Assembly: GCA_020891255.1 (NCBI GenBank)
Contig: BQFW01000003.1
Span: 1-64,000, forward strand
Direction: 5' to 3'
DNA length: 64,000 nucleotides
Source of the DNA: Entomortierella parvispora E1425
Lineage: Eukaryota > Fungi > Mortierellomycota
In this document: in pieces, positions 10,072 through 20,078 of the stretch
Numbering within the stretch: position 1 is the first letter of the stretch
How the letters are laid out: each line of letters begins with the position of its first letter
The notes under the pieces: model-generated
What the model was told of the DNA's origin: nothing
The model's database searches: none
What the model saw: only the letters and a program-made list of their open reading frames with translations
Translations under genes and position numbers: made by a program

Positions 10072-10920
10072 ATCATGTCACTGCATGTCGATTCCCTGTG
10101 GCCAAGTTGTTGATCTCGGCGCGGATCTTCCCCCCTGGCCGGCCCCCACCCACTCCCCCCGAGGGACTGGGGGCCAGGGGGGTTTCTCCCACTTGCCCAT
10201 CCCTTTTGTGTGAGGGATGGGAGTTGGGATTGGGGGCTGATTCTGCAGCAGCAGCATCTATTGCTATTGCCCCAGATGTCACCGATGGACGCTTCCTGCG
10301 CGCCATCCACTCAAGCCCGTCGCATGTCGCTGCATGCTGATTCCCTTCAGCCAAGTTGTTGATCTCGGCGCGGATCCTCCCCCTCTGGCCGGCTCCTGCC
10401 CACTCCCCCCCGAGGGACTGGGGGCCAGGGGGTTTTCTCCCCACTTGCCCATCCCTTTTGTGTGAGGGATGGGAGTTGGGACTGGGAGCTGATTCTGCTG
10501 CAGCAGCCTCTATTGCTGTTGCCCCAGATATCACCGATGGACGCTTCCTGCGCGCCATCCACTCAAGCCCGTCGCATGTCGCTGCATGCTGATTCCCTTC
10601 GGTCAAGTTGTTGATCTCGACGTGGATCTTCCCCCCTGGCCGGACTCGCCACCCCACTCCCTTCTGAGGGAATGGAGTCCAGGAGGGGGGTTCTCTTCTC
10701 TTCTCTCCCCACTTGCTCATCTTCCTCACCTGTGAGAAATGAGATTTGGGGCTGACTCTGCTGCTGCTGCCCTCTGCCGCGGCTGCCCCAGATGCCACCG
10801 ATGGACGCTCCCTGCGGTCCATCCTTCAAGCCCATTGCAGACTGACTGCTCCAAGTTGGTCTGTTTTGCCCCCCCTCTGGCCGGCTTCCTCCCACTTCCC
10901 CCGGGGACTGGGGGCCAGAG
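10072..10920 (-). repeat. About 3.3 tandem copies of a 249-252-bp GC-rich unit, spanned by a 249-aa ORF (10073-10822, -)
   Basis: CAAGTTGTTGATCTCG starts at about 10103, 10352 and 10604, with a partial copy at ~10853. The periods are multiples of 3. Confidence 0.85.
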
Positions 10921-11638
10921 GAGGTTTTAGCAGCCCTATCCATAGCCCACTCGTGAGCCGTGGCAATGGGGCTCGGGAGGCCACTCGCCATCAGCTATCC
11001 CATTAGCTTGCACTTGCAGCTTCTTCTTGCGCCTTTCTGCTCACCGTTGCCGTTCAAGACTCTGCCAGCTTGCGCATCCCAGCTCGCCCATGCGAGCGCG
11101 CAAGCAAGGACTCCCCATTCCCCGCTCACCCCTACTTGGGGTGACATGGGCGGGGCTTTCCTCCCATGCAGGCAGACAAGACAAGACAAGGACACCCTAC
11201 TTTCCCCACCTTGCACCCTAACTTGGGTGCCCTGGGCATGGCTCACCCCAATCTGGGGTGTCCCCAGCGTAGGGTCTCCCCATTGCAGGGTTTCCCCATT
11301 GTAGGGTTTCTTCACCCTAAAGTCCGTCCACCCAGTCTCCCCCCAGAGACCCCAACTTTCCCCTGACCCCCACTCAGGGGGTCATTTGGGTGTGACCAAG
11401 AGACCAAGAGTTGGAGAATGCCCTCATGCATCTTGTCAGGGTCGTGGATGCATGCGATTGGTCCGATCGGGTTCCATCGATCACGCCATCGTCAGGGTGG
11501 ATTGAGATGGAGTAAGATGGAGCAAGATGGAAAAGATGAAAGAGATGCCCAACCCAATTTGGACCTCTTTCTCTTCTCTCCATTCTCTCCATTCCTCCAT
11601 TCCACCCACCCACCCCCACCAACAACAGCACTCCCACC

Positions 11639-12476
11639 ATGAACCGCCACGCTGCCCCCCAGCACTCCCCAGTGAGCTTCAAGACAGTTGTCCAAACCCC
11701 CAAGAAGGTCACCATCGACGACTTTGTTGGCGAGAATGGCCTGGTTCCCTTAACACAGGCCCACAGCCACCTTAAGGGCTCCATGATGAGTCCTAGACCC
11801 ATGAACCTCCGCCCCCGCCAGAGGCGGGCCTCCCCCACCCACACCGTCTTCGGCGGGTCCGATGACGAGGGGCAGGGGAGCGAGGACTCCAAGGAGGACA
11901 ACCACCAAGATGACGACGCCGAGATAACGGACCCTCCCTCGGGACAGGGAGGACGAGACGGGGCAAGGCCATCACGTTGCTGACACCACGTACGTGGCTG
12001 ATGCGGACGATGAGGCTACCCAACCATTGCCGGCGCTCGAGCAAGAACAAGACCTGTTGGAGATGGTGCCACAGAGCCCGCTGGAGACAATGGGGGGTGG
12101 ACTCCCCCCCCTGTCACAGGCAGCGACTGGCACTGTCGACCAGGCGCCCGTGGTTGACGTTCACCAACCACAAGACGCCCCAACCCCTATGCATCCGAGG
12201 CAATATACCCAGGCCCTGGAGACCTTCGTTCAGACTCTCCAAAGGCGCTTCGAGTATGTCGAAGCGCGCCTCAGGATACACGAGCAAGCCCAAGTAGGCG
12301 AACATTCGGCGATGCAAGGCTTGGATGACCTGGAGGACCAGTTCATGGATTTGAGTGATCAGATCTCTCATCACCTCTTCCGCCTCAGGCCACAGGCCCA
12401 TCCCAAGCCCAAGCGTGCCCACTCCCGCCCCAAACCATACCACTCCCGCCCCGCCTCCAGGCGTGGCCCCAGATAG
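11639..12476 (+). CDS. Orphan protein: acidic/disordered N-terminal half, coiled-coil-like segment, basic C-terminal tail; one frameshift near 11930-11980 (assembly error or pseudogene)
   Basis: ORFs 11639-11983 and 11994-12476 overlap as open frames over ~45 nt. CT-rich leader before the ATG, GC3-rich codons, AT-rich 3' flank. Confidence 0.55.
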
Positions 12477-12740
12477 CCCCGTAAACCATCAAGCATTGAG
12501 CCGACTGGCATACCCCATTAAAGAATTAAAACCTAAAAACCCTAAACCTTATTTTTGGGTTTATTGCCCTAAACTCGCGTATTTATACAGTTTAACGATG
12601 TCCTGGAGTGTCTGTGCATCGTTTGCGCTATTCAGACTGACCGTACGATGCGTTTTCTGTTTGTCCTAAAAAGGAAATATTCAATTTATTGGTGGCTTAG
12701 ACTTCCTGGACTATTAGGTGTTCCCTTTGTTTACTTTTGC

Positions 12741-12774
12741 TCCCGGGTTCGAATCCGGCTTCGGCCTCGCTTTT
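12741..12774 (+). pseudogene. Isolated tRNA-like 3' half (B-box/T-arm plus acceptor strand followed by TTTT)
   Basis: TCCCGGGTTCGAATCCGGCTTCGGCCTCGCTTTT. No matching D-arm or 5' acceptor strand recognised upstream. Confidence 0.4.
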
Positions 12775-13843
12775 CTGAAGATATAAAAACAATGTGTTTT
12801 TTTTCCTTCGTAGAGATATGAGATACAGTGCATTAAAGAGCTATCCTCATAAGTATTCCACCAAGCTAACAACATCGTCAATCCATAAGGTGGATCTTGA
12901 GCAATTGCATTTTTTAATCTCGTTTTTTTTGAAATTCGAACACTCTTTTCTCGATATCTACGTTGATGACCTAGGTGATTTTTATATGGGGAGGTGCCTA
13001 TTCATCAGAGGTCAATATTCATCAAGAAAAACTGGCGAGTGGTAAGGTGGTTGTGGTGTAATTGCTGTTCTTATATTTCGATTTTTTTTTTGAAAAAAAA
13101 ATTCTCTCTTAAGATGGAGGAGTGAAGTGGTGACAGGAGCCGAGAGCTATCCACTTACGACAATTCGTAGCTGCATTTCATGAAGTACGAGAAGGAAAAA
13201 GAGCAAAGTCTGCAGTTTTGGGTGATAGAACGACTGTTGGGCGCTTGAAAGGACAATCCACTAGCAACAGGAGAGTGTGAACCGTGCACATGCTTGCTCT
13301 CTCGAGACTTCAGCGAGGAACTTGCTGCTCTCTCAAACAGTCTTTACTCTCCTCATCGTGCATGTAGACAAGAACATCAGCTCGTGCAGTTGTCATGTAG
13401 TTTTTTTATTAAAACTTGTACACGCTAGACAAAAGTAGGAACAAGATGGCAGAGACGAGGGCGCAAAACACATGAGACTGCGGTGACTTTGCCCTGGAAC
13501 CGTCTCGTTCTTCGCTACTGCATGCTCTGCCTGAGGGCCAGAGAAATCTAGCAGTTGATGGTAGAGAGGACTTACTGAGAAGTGCGCGCCCCTGAATTAA
13601 TCACCTCATGCTTCCTGCTTGCATCTCGTTTGTCGCATGTCCCACTCTGGTTCATGGCTAGATTGAATGAGCGCTCTCCGTATGATTAGATGTAAAAGAA
13701 GTTGTGGTTGACGACAAAGGGAAGGAGTAGCGAGCAACGCGTGAGAAAGGAAGGAGAAAGCGAGAGGAAACGCTCAAGCTTGCGACAACACGAAAAGAAG
13801 AGAGCGAAAACAAAGACAGGGGCACAAAAGACCCGTTAATGTT

Positions 13844-14320
13844 TGATGCAAGAGTCGAGTTGGATGCAATGGGTCGGATGAGACGGCGGCTGCAAAAGGT
13901 GAAAGAGAGGAGTTGGATTCATGAGAGAAGAAGGATGCATGAGAGGACAGATGCAAGAGAGGAGAGATGCAGAGAGGAGAAAGATTCAAAAAAGAAGACG
14001 GATGCAAGAGACGGGAGGACAGGGGAAGGATGCAAGAGTCGAGGAGAAAGGAACGGATGCAGGAATCGAGAGAGGCGAGAGGAAAGGGATGCAAAAAAGA
14101 GACAAAAGAGAGAGAGGGATGCAGGAGACAAGAGAGAGGGATGCAAGAATGGTGGAATGCAGGAGACAAGAAGGTCGAACGATGCAAGAGACGAGATGGA
14201 TGCAAGGGACGACATGGATGCAAGGGACGAGATGGATGCAAGGGACGAGATGGATGCAAGGGACGACATGGATGCAAGGGACGACATGGATGCAAGGGAC
14301 GACATGGATGCAAGGGACGA
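13844..14320. repeat. Purine-rich minisatellite: about 20 RGATGCAR motifs resolving into an 18-bp tandem array (GGATGCAAGGGACGACAT), about 7 copies at ~14180-14320
   Basis: Direct inspection. Confidence 0.88.
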
Positions 14321-16584
14321 GAGGGAGACAGACGGGAGAAAAAGACACAAGTTCAGGGACGCTCCATCCAACAAACAACAACCGCCCGTTTCTCCCTGCC
14401 CTTCGGTCCTTTTTTTTTTTTTGACAAACAATGTCTTGGGAGGGAAGAGGACAGGAGGAAAGAGAAGAGGAGGCAAGAGAAGGAGAGAAGAGGGGGAGGA
14501 GAAGAGACGGACAAGAGAGAGGAGAAGAGACGAGCAAGAGGGAAGAGAGGTAGTTCCGAAAAGGAAGACGACCAAGAGAGAAAAGAGAGAAAGGAGAAAG
14601 GGGGAAAGACGACCATCAGTCCGCACGACAACAAAAAGAAACAGGAGGCTGAAAACTGCTCTTCCTCTCCCCCCTTGGATGGACATGCCCACCCTGAAGC
14701 GGAGATGGTTGCCACAACGGCAGCGCAACATCTTCTTCCAGATCTCTTCGTTTTGTTGCGCCTCGGGGAGTGGGCTGGAAAGGCGTCAGAACATGAGGAC
14801 TTTTGTCGACGTGTTTTTTTTTTTGAAGTTTCCTCTGCTGCTGAGGCTCAAGGACATTTGTTTCCAACAAGCCAAGGTCGAGTTAAGAACCCATCAGTCC
14901 GGCCATGAGCGAATGCTGTAAATGGAAAAGAAAAGAGGAATGGAAGAGACAAGAGGGGTGGAGGAGGCGAGATGGCAAGCCCAAGAGGCAGGAGACAACG
15001 AGAGATGGGAGAAACGTGCGTTGTTTTTGTTGCCATTTATTGGGACTCGTTTTCGGGCTCTTTTTCTCTCCCCTCGTTTCGTTTCTGCTATTCTCGCCCC
15101 ATCCAAAAGAACAATTATCTTGGGGTGGAGGAGAGGGAACAGAGAAAAGAAGGGAAGAGGGAAGAGAGAAATAGGAGAGAGAAGAGAGAAATAGGAGAGA
15201 GAAGAGATCATTGAGCCAAGCAAGAGAGAAGAGAGGTAGTTCCGAAAAGGAAGACGAGAAGAGATCATTGAGCCAAGCAGAATCCATTGCCAAACGATCA
15301 GTCGCAACGGACAGGGTGCAGGCACTTTCCCGACAGCGATTTTTTTTTTTTGTCGGCCAGCAGCTGGAAAACAATGTACCCTCCAAGGTTTGCGACAGGA
15401 GTTCCGTGTCTTTTCATTTTGGTGGACGTGGACAACCTGCTGTGCAGATACAGGGAGAGTTGCAAAAGCAGAAACCAGGGTCATTGTGGCCTGCCCCTTC
15501 AGATCTCCCCAACGGTCCGTTGCTCTTCTTTGGACGAAGAAGAATGGTTGTACTCAAACGCGTCCTAACATGAGAGGGACGTTTGTCGACGTTTATCCAC
15601 TATTGCCAATGAGCGAAGGACAATGATCCAAACCTAGCCATGAGTGATCCATTTTCATAGTCTCTTCTTGCATGTTCACCCACTAGCCACAACTTGCCCC
15701 CTGAGAATGCACTTGCGCTGATGCTCTTTGCTCAATTGCCATCTGCGTGTCGAACAAACCAAGGTAGCCATGCATGCACCACTGTAAAAGAAAATAATCT
15801 CTTCAGCGCCTTCCTACCTGGCTCTCGCTCTCTCGAAGCGCGTCCTTACGCGATTTTTTTTTTTTTTGAAGATCCCTTGCAATTGCTTTGAATTGCACAA
15901 CCATCTGCAAGGCCCATGCGCCCGGGTCTCATAGCATGATGTCAACTGGCTTGAAAAAGCAAAGCTAAGCCTTGTCCTGCAAGTATCCTTTCGTGCTCGT
16001 TCATCACTGTTCTCTGTTGTTCTTTTTCCAAGAAATACTTGATTCCCCTGAGACGATCAGCACATTGTTGTCTTGATACACTTCCACGGATATCCTTTGC
16101 GATCTTGAGGGTTCAATCCGCCCTACCTATTTTGTATCTTTAGTCCCAAATTTCAAGGAGACGAAAAGGGATCTTTGACAACTCCGCTTGAACGCTCTTT
16201 GATACTTGACATCTGGCAAAGGAAGGGGGGCAGCAAAGGCATGTCAATAATCAATGTTGAGGGATACCAGCTTTACCAGGGCCAATAGTAATCCCCTCAA
16301 TTGTTGCTACAATCTCCCTTGATTTCAATGCAGAGGCCACCCTTTCTCCCGCCCTGCTGTTGCATTGATCTCCGATAGCTTTGGACACTCCTTGACACGC
16401 TCCTTTCTTCTATCCAGTAGATTCATCTTTCCCTGCTTGTGCTCTCTCCTCTTGATTCTGTTTTCACCTTTGATCCCGTCTTCTTTTAACAGGGAGCAGG
16501 GTGGGGTCCAGTTCTTCACTCCTTTCCTCTCTTCTTTACCATCTCCTTCAGGCTTGTACTTAACAACCCCAACCCTAATCAACA

Positions 16585-16758
16585 ATGAAGCCTCAAAACT
16601 TGCTCATCTTTGGTATTCTTTTGAGTTTCGCAGCTGTGTCACCCGTCGTTGCAACAACGGCTTGCCTGAAGGTCTGCTGGTTAGAAAAACACAGGTGCAG
16701 CGCCACCTTCCACGCCGAAAAACATGGCCATTGTTGGACTTGCTGCGCTTCTCGATAG
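16585..16758 (+). CDS. 57-aa secreted cysteine-rich peptide (antimicrobial/effector-like), not in the ORF track
   Basis: Manual translation: MKPQNLLIFGILLSFAAVSPVVA-TTACLKVCWLEKHRCSATFHAEKHGHCWTCCASR*. Signal-peptide-like N-terminus and Cys spacing C-x3-C-x6-C-x11-C-x2-CC. Confidence 0.8.
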   Translation: MKPQNLLIFGILLSFAAVSPVVATTACLKVCWLEKHRCSATFHAEKHGHCWTCCASR

Positions 16759-17846
16759 TCCTTCGAGGCACCTGTCAAGAAGCATCTCTCTATTGCTCTA
16801 ATGCAAATGCAGCCGGATCACAAGTTAATCCCCCTTTTGACCGTGCTTTCATACGATCGCAAGCTGTATCGATGAAGCGTATTTGCCACGATGTAGCGCA
16901 TTTATTATCTGCCTTAAATCACTCAATAACAATGGATTGGACGTTTCTTGTACGAGACTCTCATGATATTAGAAAATTATAGAGGTTTTAGTTACTTACT
17001 GACTGCAACTGGGGAAGCGCCGCTAGCTCCAGAACTTGAGAACAGTAATGTACATTGAACAGTGGGTGAGAGTCATTGTAGCTCATATTCCTCATATCAA
17101 GAGCGTAAAAACGCCTCAAAAAGTAGATGGCGCGACGCGATTTTTTTTTTTTTTTTTTTGCAAGTTCCTGTTGCCCCTGCCACCGGTGCTAACGTTGAGC
17201 CCCAGTTACTTTCAAGAGTGGGTTGATGTGTCCTACCATCGCACAAATTGGATATTTACAATGCGAAGTCAATGCTCAATTCATGCAACAGACCCCAATG
17301 TGCCCAGCGTTTGTTCAGTGAAAGAAAGCCCTGCTGCAAATTTTGACACTTGACTCAGAGATGGCCCAAGAGACAACTCAGTCGTCAAAGATGAGCAGTT
17401 ATGGGATTCACATAAGCCACTACTGCAGACCACAAGCTGGAGGCACCAATTGTTTTAAGAAAGAGCCTGAACGATGAACCACGGGGAAGATCATCCCCAC
17501 AAGCGAGGACAAGGTTCTCACGGGCTTTTTACAGCGAAGTATGTGGCGAAGGGCTGGAGCGTGCTAAACGCCACAAGAACAAATGTGGTTAGCTTGCAAC
17601 GCACCTGCACTGTCCGCTGGTGCAAGCGCTGTGCCTTTCGTCATTTTTTTTTTTTTTTTTTTTTTTTTTTGGCATCGTCCCTGACCCAGCCCTCTCCGCA
17701 GCCCCACCCCCCTCTCTCACTATCGTCTGCACCACCCACCCCTTGATCTTTCCCGCCCAATTCTGTTTTTAGAACGTGAGCGCATCAAAAAAGTGTCGAT
17801 GGAGAATCCCAAGGGTTGTAGCCCCCCAAGTGTTCCCCCGATGCCA

Positions 17847-17854
17847 TATATAAA
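17847..17854 (+). promoter_or_regulatory. TATA box of the small secreted protein gene at 17950
   Basis: TATATAAA about 100 bp upstream of ATG 17950. Confidence 0.6.
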
Positions 17855-17949
17855 TGAAGGCGAACAGCTCCACACACTCCTCGTTCCAATTCTGACCCCA
17901 CCAAGGCTGTCACAAATCACTACTGCAAACCGCCCCAGAATTATCAACC

Positions 17950-18330
17950 ATGGTCAAGCTTGCATCTCATCTCACAGTTATTGCTCTCGTCGCACTCTTC
18001 AGTGTTGCCACCCAGGTGGAAGGCCAGAGTGGCAGAAGCATCAAGAGAGAAGTCGCATCTCAGCCAAGTGTCGACCTGATTCTTGTTAAGAGGGATGGCA
18101 CTGCCAATCAGAAACTGACAATTCCTCGCGACACTTGTCACTTTATGAGCTACGGGGTTTGGATGACTCTTTCCTCGGTCAAGATCGTCTCGCCTAACAC
18201 CAGCTGTGCTATTTATCAGGACGAGAATTGCAAACTAGAAATCCAACAGGGGACTACCTCCGTCGGAGTAGGTCATAAGGCCAACACGATTCGCTGTACC
18301 AGTATTTCTCAGCAGGAACTCTTAAGTTGA
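17950..18330 (+). CDS. Small secreted protein (126 aa) with signal peptide, KR processing sites and four Cys
   Basis: Intronless ORF with a hydrophobic N-terminus (MVKLASHLTVIALVALFSVATQVEG), SIKR and LVKR dibasic sites, and an upstream TATA box. Confidence 0.8.
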   Translation: MVKLASHLTVIALVALFSVATQVEGQSGRSIKREVASQPSVDLILVKRDGTANQKLTIPRDTCHFMSYGVWMTLSSVKIVSPNTSCAIYQDENCKLEIQQGTTSVGVGHKANTIRCTSISQQELLS

Positions 18331-19163
18331 TGATCCATTCCCCATACATAAACTTCAGTAAATCCAATGCAGCTCTGTCGATGCAATGAACGCTCACAAT
18401 GAATGAGACCATGTAACCCCACCTTGATCGTCCTTGGTCCACAATGGTAATCACATTGATGCAACCCTTGCCGCCTCCATGAAAAATCCAAAGGCACAGT
18501 ATATCGTCTCAAAACGGTGAGCTTTGTCGATGGGTTCAGCTCTGCCGTTTGGGTGAGGCAGCATCTGCCAGCTAAAACCTATTATCACCGCTGCTTTTTT
18601 TTTTTTTTTTTTTTTTTTGCATTCCTGAATCCAAGTTTACAATAATCTGTTCGACATGATATCAATAGAAAAACTTGAGGTCATGAACCTCGAGAGATTG
18701 AGAGTTGGAGAGAGAGTAGCAGAGAAAACCGGTTTTGTTATTTCCTGCATTGTGATACCCTTGGATTCTGTCGCGTTCAGACCGATATGTTTTCTTACCG
18801 CACGTCTCATATCGATTCTCCTCTCCTACCTGATTCCACACTCTTCCACACCTCTCTCCTTATATTTCACCCGAGTTTCCTTCAGAAACGCCAGCCGGCC
18901 CGCCCCCAACACATCACGGAAATGCGATTGCAACGAGGGTCAAGAAGCAACACCCATTAAGCAAGCCCGTCAATCAATTAAAACCTCTGGGCTTTGTCAT
19001 CCAGAGACACACCTGGACCCTTGAGGTATGGTAGATGAGGCCCTTACACGCCAGCGTGGGAAGGAGATGCACTAATCATTTTTAATGTTTGCCCAAGTAG
19101 GGTTTATCTAGCTACGGATCTCCATTTGCAACTTCTCTAATGTCATCCAATTCACTCTGTCCA

Positions 19164-20043
19164 TCACCGCAGTCGCTCGAGTCGCGAGCGAATGGCTCGA
19201 AGTCGTCGTACAATTCTGTCAGCCTTGCCCCTCACTTCCTGCTCGGAACCTCCCAAGTTTGCATCGAATGCTCCTGAGATGGGAGTAGGAGTCCAAGATG
19301 CTGACTCGAGGATCCGGATGTAAGCCTGAATTGCCCCCTCCACCTTTCGCGTCCTAAATTTATCTAATGTTCCTGAGGCTGATGACCCAAGAGCCATTGT
19401 TGGGGAAAGAGACTGACTCTGATGACGGCCACTACCATAGGTTGTCCACTCGTCTTCAGCAATTCCAAGCTCGCTATTGAGTTCGGTGATGATGCTGGCT
19501 CCATGACTCTCTGCCAACCAAACGCGCAGCAAGAACTCGATGTCTTGGATCAAAAACAATGAAGCCCGAGGTCCAATCCACTCATTCTTCCTAGTCTCAA
19601 TGAGACCATGGAAGCTGTCAAAGATGGCCTCGATCGGGAAGCCAATTTCGCGTAAGATCCGAACAGCCCATCCTGGAGAAGCCTGATAGCGAGCCGTCTG
19701 CTTCAAATAAGGATAGCGCTCCAGGGTCTGAACCAAAACTGAGATGGGCGTGACCTTGGCGGATGGGTAGAATCGTCGTCCAAGATCCTTGACGCGAACC
19801 TCGATTTCAGTAAGAGGGTTCCGTCCACTATCCTCAGATTCAACAAAGACTGCAAAAACAATACACGTCAATAAACAGAAGAATAACAGAAGTTTCATCT
19901 TTAGCAATAAAGTACCTTTTGCAATGAACCCTTCCCAGGCAGCCCGGACGTGGAACTCATCATCGATATCTGAGGCATGGTAGATTGCCAACATGGATTC
20001 GTAAATCTTAACAGGCTCGACGTATGAATGATACAACTAAAAC

Positions 20044-20078
<35 letters not shown>

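Noticed and set aside
11210-12550. Telomere-like CCCTAA/TAGGG motifs
   Set aside because: Isolated single hexamers rather than a tandem array; expected in C-rich sequence.
13774-15484. Several long ORFs on both strands (e.g. 13839-14921, 360 aa)
   Set aside because: Strong purine skew and an 18-bp repeat suppress stops in many frames; no gene structure or domain.
16030-16095. HSP20-like fragment on the - strand (ISVEVYQDNNVLIVSGE)
   Set aside because: No continuation to the conserved C-terminal alpha-crystallin motifs.
15983-16098. U12-type donor-like motifs GTATCCTTT (15983) and ATATCCTTT (16090)
   Set aside because: No U12 branch site (TCCTTAAC) and no flanking coding exons. The introns I inspected in core genes were all U2-type.
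16325-16982. ORF-track calls 16325-16585 (-), 16365-16982 (+) and 16593-16778 (-)
   Set aside because: Better explained as shadows of the 57-aa secreted peptide gene and its leader.
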